A stretch of DNA of 64,000 nt, taken from positions 5,518,001-5,582,000 of the forward strand of contig NC_043020.1 in the NCBI RefSeq assembly GCF_006345805.1, read 5' to 3'. This DNA comes from Octopus sinensis. Taxonomy: Eukaryota. The position numbers and the translations under genes are program-made. A model generated the notes under the pieces. The model searched no databases. It saw nothing but the letters and a program-made list of their open reading frames with translations, and was not told where the DNA came from. This document shows positions 12,371 to 24,903 of the stretch, piece by piece (the stretch's first letter is position 1; the number at the start of each line of letters is the position of its first letter).

Positions 12371-12542
12371 AGGCGCAGGAGTGGCTGTGTGGTAAGTAGC
12401 TTGCTAACCAACCACATGGTTCCAGGTTCAGTCCCACTGCGTGGAATCTTGGGCAAGTGTCTTCTGCTATAGCTCCGGGCTGACCAATGCCTTGTGAATG
12501 GATTTGGTAGACGGAAACTGAAAGAAGCCCGTCGTATATATG

Positions 12543-12573
<31 letters not shown>

Positions 12574-12768
12574 TTGTCCCCCTAGCACTGCTTGACAACC
12601 GATGCTGGTGTGTTTACGTCCCCGTAACTTAGCGGTTCGGCAAAAGATACCGATAGAATTAGTACTAGGCTTACAAAGAATAAGTCCCGGGGTCGATCTG
12701 CTCGACTAAAGGTGGTGCTCCAGCATGGCCGCAGTCAAATGACTGAAACAAGTAAAAGAGTTAAGAGT
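12371..12768 (+). mobile_element. Family A SINE, full length
   Basis: Matches the family consensus. Confidence 0.9.
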
Positions 12769-13499
12769 AATTTATACATACACACACGCATATATACATA
12801 CTTAAATTTACATGTAATGTACCCTACTACAAGGGATTAGTGAGACATGCAAACACCTTATCTCTCTATTTCTATCCCCCCCCCCCGCACGTACACACCA
12901 GCACTAACACGCTATCTTAAATATAGTGGACCACCTACTGATAAACGTACCAGGGTGCCATTGTCTATCTCTGTCCCTAGTTTGCACTTTGTATCTTCCG
13001 TTTTCCTCTGTCTGTCTGTGTGCGTGGATGTGATATGCACAAGCATGGCCGTGTGGTTAAGACGCTTGCTTCCCAACCATGCTCTTTTGGGTTCAGTCCC
13101 ACTTCATGGAGACGCAGGGACAGATCAGGAGCAAGATGGTTGGATAATATCCATAGTTTTAGTTAGTCACATTTGGGAATCCAGCTGGATTGTGTAATGA
13201 TGATTGCTTCTGATTGGCCGATAGAGGAAATGGCAAAGGATCTCCCAGAGGTAGAGAAACTGGGTGAATGGATATTTCCAATTATACAATATATCAAACA
13301 TCTATGTATATATTGCCAGATCAGACTGGGCCTGGTGCAGCCTTCTGGCTTCCCAGACCCCAGTTGAACCGTCCAACCCATGCTAGCATGGAGAGCGGAC
13401 ATTAAAAGATGATGATGATATTATATATATATATTTACATTTTTTTTTTATTTTATCAGTTTCAGTTTCAAGCTGTGGCCATGTTGGGGCACTGCCGTT

Positions 13500-13970
13500 T
13501 TGCTACACTGTTATTATCGAGAGCCTACTCTGATATGTGGCATTGGGTGAATAAGGGAGTTTGATGTCGCTATTCCCATTTGCACCTCTTGCCATGGGAT
13601 AGGTTCCTCTGGGACTCTCGACAGGAAAAGATCCAGTTTTGATTTGAAAACACCTACATTCACTTTGTGTAGGTCCTTCAGGCTTAAAACGTTGTGGACC
13701 CTTGAAAACCAGATTTTTGGTCCTGAAGCACGATGGCACTGCTGGGTTCTTTGGCAGAGTGCTGCGTCGACCCGCCCTGGCATTTGTGCAGCTTTCAATG
13801 CCAAAATTTGGCACAAACCCTTCCAGATGTAAATTACTGCATATCCCCCCACCTTCGCCTCAGGGGGGTAGAGTCTTAGCTACTTCAGCCTCTCCCAGAA
13901 GGTAAGCTGTTGCAATGAGATGATCTTCTTAGTGAAGCTTTGTTGGATTGCTTCAAGGTCCGCTGTTAAT
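13500..13970 (-). mobile_element. CR1/L2-group LINE ORF2 C-terminal fragment (decayed)
   Basis: Minus strand LEAIQQSFTKKI..LTFWERLK*LRLYPLRRR..YAVIYIWK...GPKIWF...VFKSKLDLFLSRVPEEP...SNSLIH with frameshifts. Confidence 0.8.
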
Positions 13971-14395
13971 ATATATATATATGTCCTATACATATCAAAT
14001 ATGATATTTTAAAACCAAAATGACAACTAGACTCTGCACTTTCACACACATGCTTGTGTGTTAGAAGAGTTACTGGGAGTTGAAGTGGGTACACTCAGGG
14101 GCACCTGCTGCTTGAAAATTTAATAGTGAAGTGGATGATAAACATTTTATCAAAGTATATACACTTGTACCCACTTCACTATGCATTTTATGTATATATG
14201 TATGTGCATGTGTGTGTATATATATTTATGTATGTATGGTATGTACATGTTTATATGTTTGTGTATATATATATATACACACACACACATATGTATGATA
14301 TGTACATATGTATATGTATGTATGATGTATATGCATATATATATATATATGTGTGTGTGTGTGTAGATATGTATGAAGTGTGTGTGTGTGCATTG

Positions 14396-14432
<37 letters not shown>

Positions 14433-14646
14433 ATCTGTCTGACTCTATTTTAACATATGTCTGTGTGTCCAAATGTGAATCAAAGTTTCAGAAGGTGGAG
14501 TATGAGAGTGAACGTACGGTTAACACCCGGGTATTAAACTTCTTTTCATTTTCTTTCAAGAGAATCCAGCTGGACCCTATTTTTGCACACACACACACAC
14601 CTACACCTATTCTACTAAAGACTGTATTTATTGAAACAAAAATAAT

Positions 14647-14718
<72 letters not shown>

Positions 14719-15034
14719 GTCACCATACATATACATATAAACTCACACACACACACACACACACTTGCTCATGCATGCACGCACGCATTATGTCTACCTT
14801 CCCCCGCCCCTCCACCACCACCGCTTCTTTTATTCCTTGCCTCCTCCCCATCTCTAGGATCGCATTTCCCCACCACCACCACCCGATCGACAATGGACCC
14901 AAAAACGTTTGCAGTGGGTGGTGACAACTGCTCCCCCACCCACCCCTTGTTCTCCTCGTTTACACCTGGCTCCACCCTTCACACCAACTTAATCACGCTT
15001 CATCAACATTTTTCACATCCCTTTCTTTCTTGTC

Positions 15035-15105
15035 TGCATCATCATCATCATCATCATCACCACCACAACCATCATCATCGCCACCGCCACCACCACCATC
15101 ATCAT

Positions 15106-15137
<32 letters not shown>

Positions 15138-15540
15138 CTGCCACCACCATCATCATCATCGTTATCACCATCTTCATTCATTGTCACCATCATCAACATC
15201 ATCATTGCCGCCATCATACAAACATCAACAACATCATCACAATTACCATCATTATCATCATCACCACCACCACCATCATGATCATCACTGCCACCATCAT
15301 CATACAAACATCATCATCATCACCAACATCATTACAATCACCAACATTACCATCATTATCATCATCATCATTTCCACCATCATCCTCACAAACATTACCA
15401 CCATCATCATACAAACATCATCACAATCACCAACATTACCATCATTATCATCGCCACAAGCATCATCATTACCACCATCATCATCATCATCACCAACATC
15501 ATCAGCAGTGCCATCATCATCATTATCACCATGACCACCA
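15035..15540. repeat. (CAT/CAC)n trinucleotide tract
   Basis: Direct reading; similar tract at 40905-41470. Confidence 0.9.
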
Positions 15541-16081
15541 CCCCAGACACTGCGACTGCTGTCTCCACTAACACTACTATTTCTGTGTCACTACCACTAA
15601 TATTACTACCATTGCTACCACTCCCATTTACGCTCCCCCACCACGACCACCACCAGTGAAATAAAATAAAATAAATTAGTCACTGTTAAGCTAGTTTTGG
15701 GATCATAAATTAACAACAATTTAAAATAAAATCTCTAGGAACCCAGGAGGGGAGCTTCTATGCCCAGAGGTGGCATTCAGATTTGAAACTGTCCCAGTGC
15801 ATGCTGTTAAAAGGTGTACGATGGGGGTGGTTCCATTTGCATAAAAAACTAGCATCAGCCCTCTTGTTACCATATTTCTGTTGAAATATGCTTCCTGCGT
15901 TTCAACCAGTTTTGAAAATTATGAAGAATTTAGTATGAAACAATTCTTACTATTAAGCTGGTGTTTGGAACATAGCAAGAAATTTTGAAGGAAGGTTTTA
16001 ACTCCAATCATTTTTTAATCTTTTTGTTGGCATATTTCAGTTGAAATAAATTACCTTTGTTTTAGTAAATTTTGAAAATAA

Positions 16082-16613
16082 TTAAGGAGATGTACTTGCA
16101 TAGCAAGTGACCTGATCTGAGATGGTGTGCTGGAACAAAAACAATTGCAACTTGGAAGGTGTTTATAAACCATTTAACCCTTTAGCATTCAAACCGGCCA
16201 TATCCGGCCAAAATATTTAACCTGTTATATATTGAAACTAACCAGTTCTCACCTTTCATCTCAGCCCTACCATGTCATTCTAAAACTAAAAAATCACATC
16301 ACCGAAATCTCTAAACTACAAGATAATGCAGGATTAATTCAAAATAATATATGTAAACAAATATCACATTTGACAGAATAATCTGAACACTAAAGGGTTA
16401 AGAAACACAAAAACCGTTAGATTCACTTCAACATTTCAATTTAATTTGTCAAAATATTTTCGTTGCTTTGAGACCGCGACCTGTTCACTGACAAAACTCC
16501 GTGATGCAGCATGGAGTTTTGTCAGTGAACAGGTCGCGGTCTCAAAGTGATGAAAATATTTTGACAAATGAAATTTAAATGTTGAAGTGAATCTAACGGT
16601 TTTTGTGTGTTTC
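16082..16613. mobile_element. Repeat family G with nested MITE and foldback duplication
   Basis: Matches 61465-61668; arms 16402-16507 and 16506-16613 are inverted copies. Confidence 0.75.
16174..16401. mobile_element. piggyBac-type MITE family E with TTAA duplication
   Basis: TTAA|CCCTTTAG...CTAAAGGG|TTAA; the empty host site with a single TTAA is at 61557-61560. Confidence 0.9.
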
Positions 16614-17527
16614 AAAAATAATTAAGAATTTAGTAAAATAAATTAGTGTATGCCGCCCAGGGCAGCTCTTCCATTTGCCGCCCCCAGAAAACCACATTGC
16701 ATACAGCAGACCCTTTAAAAGTGCCATCCCAGGACAGACTGCCCCTACGGCCCCCGCCTAGCTACGCTAGTGAGTCACCGTTAAGCCGGTGTTTGGAACA
16801 TAAATTAACATGGAATTTTGGTGGAAGATTTTCAGTTAGGTCACTTTAACCAGTTTGTTAGAATATTTCTGTAAAAATATTCCAGCATTATTTCGGTTAA
16901 TTTTTTTAATAATAAAAATTTAATTAAGTAATTTTGTCATTAACTAAACTGGGGATTGGGACATCATTAATTGACATGAAACCAGGATGGAAGGTTTTCA
17001 TTTAGATCAGTTCTGCCTTAACTCTATATCACCAGCCTTAATACTCTCCTATGGAAAACAGACGTTAAACGATGATGATGATAATATATATATGTGTGTG
17101 TATATATATATTTGTGTGTGTGTGTGTATAAATATATGTGTGTGTATATATATGTATATATATATGTGTGTGTGTATAAATATATATGTGTGTATATATA
17201 TATTTATATATATATGTGTGTGTGTATATATGTGTGTGTGTATATATATGTGTGTATGTGTGTGTGTATATATGTGTGTATGTGTGTGCATGTGTATGTG
17301 TGTGTGTATATATGTGTGTATATGTGTGTATACATATGTGTGTATATATATGTGTGTGTGTATGTGTGTGTATATATATGTGTGTATGTATATATATATA
17401 TATGTGTGTAAGTATGCATATATGTATGTGTGTGTGTATGTATGTATTTGTGTAAGTATGCATATATGTATGTATGCATATATGTGTATATATATATATA
17501 TGTGTGTATATGTATATATACAACACT

Positions 17528-17758
17528 TTAACCCTTTTGATACCAACCCAGCTGAAACCAGTCCTGGCTCTGTAGTACAAATGTCTTGTTTCCATAAGTT
17601 TTGAATTAAAATCTTCCACCAAACCTTAGTCACAATTTATGTTCCTAACACTAGCTGAATGATAACTAAGTTATTTTACTAAATTCTTTGTTATATTTAA
17701 AATTAATTGAAAGAAACACAGAGCATCTCAAAATAAATACAGTAATGAAAGGGGTCAA
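17528..17758. mobile_element. piggyBac-type MITE family F
   Basis: TTAACCCTTTTGATACC...GTAATGAAAGGG termini; related pieces at 1-64, 8667-8970, 15860-16080, 21836-21999 and 33490-33690. Confidence 0.7.
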
Positions 17759-18977
17759 TATAGTTGCCACCGAATTTGGGAGACTGGCTACATGAGCCTA
17801 CGGCTTGGGAAGGACATTTGATTGTCTGTGTGTGTGTGTACATGCATTTGTATTGTTCGTCTCTCACCACCACTTCACAACTGGTATTGGTTTGTTTACC
17901 TTGCCATAACTTAGCAGTTCGGCAAAAGGAGATCAATAGAATAAGTACCAGACTTACAAGAAATAAGTTACGGGGGTCGATTAGTTCGACTAAAACCCCT
18001 TTCGAGGTGGTGCCCCAGCATGACGGCAGTCCAGGGACTGAAACAATTAAAAAAGGGACATTAAAACGGAATATGGCGGTGTCCTTTATGGTGCCAAAGC
18101 CTACGAGCAAGCACCAAATGTCTGGAATCAGTCAGGTGGATGGTCAGGGACGGAATCACTTTGATCATAATAGGTCTGTGTACTTGATAACGACTGAGCT
18201 GAGATTAAACGTCGACAACGGCATCAACAACAACGAAACATATTTGGTGATAATTTTTCATACTTTGACTGTTAGTAACTGGGGGGGGGGGTCTGTTTCT
18301 TTTTTTTTTTTTTTTTCTCTAAGACTCGACTTGTGTTTCCTCTCTGATAAGATGGTTGAATACCATCAAATGAAACAGCAACAACAATAGCAACATTCCA
18401 GGCCGTTCCTTGTTGCAATGAATATTTTTCACTTTGTAAATTGAATAAAAGAATTTTTTGCTTTGTTTTTAATATTTATGTTTCCGCTACTTTTATTTTT
18501 TTGCTTTTTGCTTCTTTTTTTTTTTCTGGTATATCTTGTTTTCTAACAAATCCGATCCGTTTTATCCATGTTGGTAGGGGAAAAGTTTATTTTTTTTATT
18601 ATTAATATTTTATGGATGTATTTTTTGGTTGTTTTTTGTTTTTTCGTTTATTTCAGAATAAAGTGTTGAGTTTGATGTAAAAACACAATAAAATTTCTTT
18701 TATATTTGTATATATGCATGTATATATGTTTGTATATGTTTATGTGTGTATGTATGTATATGCTTGTGTGTATGTATGTATATGTTTGTGTATGTATATG
18801 TTTATGTGTGTATGTATGTATATGTCTGTGTATATATATACTTATGTATGTATGTATATATGTATATGCTTATGTGTGTATGGATGTATATGTTTGTGTA
18901 TGTATACATTTATGTGTATGTATATGCTTATGTGTGTATGTATGTATATGTTTGCATGTTTGTGTGTATAGGTATAT

Positions 18978-19013
<36 letters not shown>

Positions 19014-19964
19014 ATATGTTTGTCTATATGTGTGTGTGTGTGTGTGTGTGTGTATGCCTGTATAAATATATATATGTATATATTCTACTTCCATTAATCA
19101 TTGGACTGCAACAATGCTGGGACAACTTAACTCTTCCTATTCCTCTCTCTCTCTATATATATATATATATATGTATGACTCTGTGAGTGTTTGTGTGCAT
19201 ATATGATTTACATGAATTTAATTTCGCAGTTAAAAGCCTTATATACATTATTTCAATATATTTCACTCTACGCAGCCAGGATTTCAATATAGTTTTTTAG
19301 TACTGACAGTTATATCAACATGTGGTCACTATTTTGGCCCTTTTTACTGCAGAAATCAGATACGTCCACTCAAGATTTCATTTATACTTAACTGCAGAAA
19401 GCAGCTTTATATACCAAATCTATCTTTAGTTGGGGAATGTCATGTTTAGACCTGTTTTTTGTTTCTGAGATATGTCCAGTCTATTGATGCATTGTGACTT
19501 GCAGAAAATACCAAATTCTAATTTTTGGCAGATATTTAACATCATTACTAGAACAGCCCTGAAAATAAATTTCACAGTTAAAGCATTAAATGATTAATTA
19601 ACACAGATTTTCTTGACACGAAGAGGCAACACATTTTCTTATAATTTTTTTGATTTTTCTGGACGCCAATTCTTTGTGAGTTCAACCTGCACAATGGAAT
19701 GGTGTGACAAACAGAATAGGGATTTTGGAAGAAGTTTTTATAAAACTAATTTTGCAACATTCAATGGCTAAGGGGGTCCACCAGATGAAAATAGTAATCA
19801 AAGGGGTCCATAGATAACAAATAAAAAAAATGGTTGAGAACCCCTGAGTTAAAGTATGATAGAGGGAGAGAAATGGGTGTCTTGCAGTTGAGGAAATTCA
19901 TGGTTATCCAAATTGGAAAAGAAGAGGAAAGAGAGATAGAGGGTGGGGTTTTTTTTTTTTTTTT

Positions 19965-20230
19965 TTGTTCCTTCTCGAGCCACACCTGGCTCATAAGGGC
20001 TGGTTTCCTGTTTTCCTTGGCGTATAGGTTCCCCACCTGTACGGGACGCCAGTCCGTCGCAGGTGAGCTGCAAGATGCAGGAGGAAAGATTCAGCAGAAG
20101 TTGGCCATTACCTTCTGCTGGAGCTTAAGTGTTTCGCTCATAAACACACACATGGCCTGGTCTGAGATTCGAACCCGCAATCCCTCAACCGCGAGTCCTC
20201 TGCTCTAACCACTAGGCCATGTGCCTTCAC
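19965..20230 (-). mobile_element. Family D SINE, tail type 2
   Basis: Matches the 22618 copy, including the CTCGAGAAGGAAC tail. Confidence 0.8.
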
Positions 20231-20650
20231 AAGAGGGTGGGTTGCATGTGAGTGAGAAAGTTGGAGAGAGTGAGGTGTAGTTCATGCAATTTACTTCCAG
20301 ATTCAAAAACAGGAAAGACATCCAAGATGGTGAAATGCTTCCCCCGCTGAAGATGTGACTAAGCAACACGGACAAAGGGAAAAAGAAGTGTTTCTGTGTG
20401 TACGCGTTTATTTGCTAATGACTCCTTGTCACTTACTCGTCTAGTCTGTCAAATAAGAACTGGACGGAGAACTGATAAGGGCTTGCCAGGCATGCATACA
20501 TCTGATACTAGCAGTACATCTTAAGACGTACACCACAATCACTTCATCGACACCGCGAGCAGATCCACAACTGATTCTCACCCACAAAATGAATCCTGCT
20601 AATTGTAAGTATTACTGCAGTTTCTTCTTTCCTTTTAAAATGACTGGTTT

Positions 20651-21197
20651 TTAACCCTTTAGCACTTAAACCAGACAGATAAGCGCAGGAGTGGCTGTGT
20701 GGTAAGTAGCTTGCTTACCAACCACACAGTTCCGGGTTCAGTCCCACTGCGTGGCACCTTGGGCAAGTGTCTTCTACTATAGCCTCGGGCCGACCAAAGC
20801 CTTGTGAGTGGATTTGGTAGACGGAAACTGAAAGAAGCCCGTCTTATATATATATGTGTGTGTGTTTGTCTCCCCAACATCGCTTGACAACCGATGCTGG
20901 TGTGTTTACGTCCCCGTTACTTAGCGGTTCGGCAAAAGAGACCGATAGGATAAGTTCTAGGCTTACAAAGAATAAGTCCTGGGGTCAATTTGCTCGACTA
21001 AAAGGCGGTGCTCCAGCATGGCCGCAGTCAAATGACTGAAACAAGTAAAAGAGAAAAGAGAAAGAGATACGGCCCAAACAACCAATCACATCATTGATAT
21101 ATCAAAGCTACATGAATAATTGATGGTGAATTTAAATTCAAACTATTGCGAATAAACATTTATATTTGAGAGAGTAATCTGAATGCTAAAGGATTAA
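20651..21197. mobile_element. MITE family E interrupted by a family A SINE
   Basis: TTAACCCTTTAGC start, SINE inserted with AGATA on both sides, ends GCTAAAGGATTAA. Confidence 0.7.
20684..21065 (+). mobile_element. Family A SINE, full length
   Basis: Matches the family consensus; nested in a MITE. Confidence 0.9.
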
Positions 21198-21835
21198 CTG
21201 GCTTATTTTTTTGTGTGTGTTTCTCTGGTCTCGATCAGTCCAGTAACCTGCTGAAACTCAAGAGTTGTAATGGACTTATCAGTTTTGCATCACATGTTGT
21301 AACCTTCTTTTGTTTGTACAAGGACACGAAATTCAGCACCACGCCTGTGAACTTCCAGAATTGATATTATGAAAGATTGATTTAATTTGTTTTGTTTCAG
21401 CATGACTAGACTGTCTTAAAGTAATTGAAACCGGTAGCTGCTTAGTTAAAAATGTAAATAATACAATCCTTCTGTGTTCCATGATTAAGTTCTCTATTTT
21501 TCCAATACAAAACTACAGCGATAACTCACCATAACGCAGTTCACCTTTCATGGTTTATTATTTAAGCTTATTCTTTTACTCTTTTCAGTCATTTGACTGC
21601 GGCCATGCTGGAGCACCGCCTTTAGTTGAACAAATCAATCCCAGGACTTATTCTTTGTAAGCCTAGTACTTATTATATTGGTATCTTTCGCCAAACCACT
21701 AAGTTATGGGGACATAAATACACCAGCATCGGTTGTCAAGCGATGTTGGGGGTGGGGGCAAATACAGACACAAACATACATAATACTAACATCAATACTA
21801 ACGGGACCTGTGGAAATTCCACTGAGTGAAAAAGA

Positions 21836-21999
21836 TTAACCCTTTCGTTACTGCATTTCTGTTGAGATGCTCTGTGTTTCTTTCAATTAATTTTAAACAA
21901 AGAGTTTCGTAAAATAACTTAGTTATCATTAAGCTGGTGTTAGGAACATAAATTGTGACTAAGGTTTGGTTTCAGCCGGGTTGGTAGCGAAAGGGTTAC
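21836..21999. mobile_element. MITE family F, internally deleted
   Basis: TTAACCCTTTCGTTAC...GGTAGCGAAAGGGTTA terminal inverted repeats. Confidence 0.7.
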
Positions 22000-22449
22000 G
22001 CTCATAAAAAGAAAATAAGAAAGAATGAGGAAAGATATGAAGATGAAAAAATAAAATTTCTAAAACTAATGTTAAACCTGTATAACCATATTCTCTGGCA
22101 GTCAAGTGGAATTTTTCAGATCAAAATTTACAACCAAAAAGAAGTAGATTGATTTATACACCAATGCAACTTTGGAAGGCTAACAATTCCATGTGAGATG
22201 CTGCCAAGTTTGGAAAGATAGCCATAATGTTTGAATGCTCACATGACATGCTAAGTCATCTTGTATGACAGAAAATATATAAATGCTACATATTAAATTG
22301 GTTTGATGACACAAACAGGAAAATAGAACTCAAAACATAAGTATCTGTGTATATGTGTATATACAGAACTTTTCAGCACCTCCTTTGTGTGTGTACATAA
22401 ATGCGAAATAAGGTGGAAAAAAAGAGTACTCAAATACCAGAGGTATACC

Positions 22450-23740
22450 ACCACAACGTCACACTTTGAGAAATCACTTAGATAAAGAATATAGGCCAGA
22501 AGAATTGGTCATATCAATGAACTACCAACGAAAACTCAGAGACACACATGACATAATAATCCAATCCTGTTCCAATCCTGTACAACACACTTGATTAAAT
22601 AAGCCTAACAACAGATATTGTTTGTTCCTTCTCGAGCCATGCCTAGCTCATTAGGGCTGGTTTCCTTAGCGTATAAATTCCCCACATGGATGGGATGCCG
22701 GTCTGTCGCAGGTGAGCTGCAAGATGCAGGAGGAAAGAGTGAGAGAAAGTTGTGGCGAAAGAGTCAGCAGAAGTTTGCCATTACCTTCGGCCGGACCATA
22801 GGTGTTTCGCTCATAAACACAAACATTGCCCAGTCTGAGATTCGAACTCACAATCCCTTGATCACGAGTCCACTGCTCTAACCACCAGGCCATGTGCCTC
22901 CAACAACAGATAGAAGAATCAAGATGTTCTCTGGTTCAACCTGATTTTCAGTTCGCATGTTTCAACCAAGATCGCTGAAAAATTTTTTGCTGCTTTGGAC
23001 AAGTGTTTTCCTAAATCTAATCAATATCATGCTTTTTTTAATCAACACACCATGAAGGTATCCTATGCCAAATCTGCTAATTTAGAGCAGCTTATGCATC
23101 ACATAAACCATAGCAAAATGCAGCAAAGGTTCAATAACCCACCTACTGGATCTCGCGAACATTTGCATCTAAATACCAACAAGATGTAAACCACAATGAT
23201 AAACACCAATTACGACCAATTTGTAGAAGAAGAAATACTTATGATACAGCTAACATCATAACAATACTGGTAAATAGTCGGGACTGCCTTATATACAAAT
23301 AATTGCTCATGCAGAGAAAAATCAAAATGTCCTTTGATGTATCTCTGTACGAGTACAAATCTTGTATATAAATGTACTGTGCACACAAGGGAAGGGCTGT
23401 ATGTTTACATTGGGCAGACAGCTGATGCATTTAAGAATCGTTATCATAACCATGTTTCCAGCTTTAAGACAATCAATAAGAGACATTCAACATCTTTGGC
23501 AGATTTTGTATGGCGACTGAAGGAGGATAAAATGAAGCACAGCATAACATGGTCCATAGTAAGGTATGCGAAACCATACAATATAATTTCCAGCAGATAT
23601 CGTCTCTGCTCCGAGGAATCCCTGTCTATTCTGTTGACTAACAAGTAGATCATTAATAGAACTTCTGAATGGCTCGTGAGATGCCTACACGCATATAAAT
23701 GTACTTTCACACAATGCAGTGAAAATGAATTTTGAGTAAC
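22450..23740 (+). mobile_element. Penelope-like retroelement relic (Naiad-like): RT thumb, CxCx5Cx5C linker, GIY-YIG endonuclease
   Basis: One frame from 22914: VLWFN..FS..V.TKIAEKFF..LDKCFP...FNQHTMKVSY, then CSCREKSKCPLMYLC (23304-23348), LVYKCTV...YIGQT...FKNRYHNH..SF...LADFVW.LK...ITWSI..AKPYN..RLCSEE..NRTSE..RCLH. Four in-frame stops; SINE insertion at 22618-22901. Confidence 0.85.
22618..22901 (-). mobile_element. Family D SINE, tail type 2, with 11-bp TSD, inserted in the PLE
   Basis: AACAACAGATA at 22607-22617 and 22902-22912. Confidence 0.9.
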
Positions 23741-23882
23741 CATTAACATAATTTAATTTACTTTAAGGTATGGCCTGTTTAAATGCTAAACGGTTAACGA
23801 GCCTTAATCGAGGCCCCTCCATCTAGAGTATATATGCAATCTAATCAACAGTGATAAATATTTTTAATTGACAATATCACTT

Positions 23883-24120
23883 TTATGATGTTGTAAAGAT
23901 GTCACACTTAATGTTATGATATAGCTAAAATGTCACACTTAGCAAAGTTATGATGTACCTAACATCACATTTAATGTTATGATGTAGCTAACATCATATT
24001 TAATGTTATGATGTAGTTAACATCACATTTAATGTTATGATGTGACTAACATCACATATTTAAGATTATGATGCAACTAACATGTCCTATTTAAGGTTAT
24101 GAGGTGACTAACACGTCATT
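23883..24120. repeat. 29-34 bp minisatellite with quasi-palindromic core, ~8 copies
   Basis: TTATGATGTAGCTAACATCACATTTAATG units. Confidence 0.9.
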
Positions 24121-24440
24121 TTGGTTGGCCCCAGACTATAGTAGAAGACACTTGCACAAGGTTCTGTGCAAAGAAGCTGAACCCAGGACCATGTTGTTAC
24201 AAAGACAACACCTTAACCACACAGCTGTCATATGTACATAAAATTAAAATATAATTTTGTTGTGTGTATATATGTGGGTATATGTTTTGGTTTGTCTCCA
24301 ACTGGGTGGGTAGGTGGCAAGTGTGAATGTCTGTCACATCAATCGCATTTTAGATTACTGCTTAGAAGAGGCTAGAATCAGATCTGTTTATAACAAAACT
24401 AGAGTTTTGGGCACTGTATTAAAAAATTTGATATAGGTAT

Positions 24441-24584
24441 GGCTGTATGGTAAGAGGTTTGCTTCCCAACCACATGGTTCTGGGTTCAGTCCCAGTGTAG
24501 CTTCTTTGACAAGTGTATTTTATTTTAGATCAAGACCAACGAAAGCCTTGTGGGTGCATTCGATAGCTGGAAACTGAAAGAAAT

Positions 24585-24592
<8 letters not shown>
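24441..24592 (+). mobile_element. Family A SINE head, variant
   Basis: Shares private substitutions with the minus copy at 28470-28618. Confidence 0.8.
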
Positions 24593-24626
<34 letters not shown>

Positions 24627-24666
24627 AGAGAACAAGAAGGTATACGTTATGCCGCAATAATAGATG

Positions 24667-24903
24667 TATAAAAAATATATATAAAAATACAAAATGGGAC
24701 AAGAACGCAAAACACTCAAAAAGACGACACAAAAAAACGTAAGGGTCATTCGAAGCCTCTAATCTTCAGTCAAGGAAATTGCGAGGATGATCTGGTTTTT
24801 GACTGAAGATTAGAGGCTTCGAATGACCCGTCCGTTTTTTTGTGTCGTCTTATTGAGTGTTTTGCGTTCTTGTCCCATTTTGTATTTTTATATATATTTT
24901 ATA
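24667..24903. repeat. Long inverted repeat (~105-bp arms, 25-nt spacer)
   Basis: 24667-24773 is the near-perfect reverse complement of 24799-24903. Confidence 0.9.

Noticed and set aside
14893-15534. 213-aa poly-His ORF with good Kozak context
   Set aside because: Beyond ~45 unique codons it is (CAT/CAC)n repeat; no recognisable domain or splice support.
23304-23700. Selenocysteine recoding in the Naiad-like PLE
   Set aside because: Conserved cysteine positions are TGC/TGT (one TAT); in-frame stops are TAA/TAG, not TGA.
24799-24835. CTGAAGA...CGAATGAC as a hammerhead
   Set aside because: Lacks the invariant GAAA and a proper stem II.
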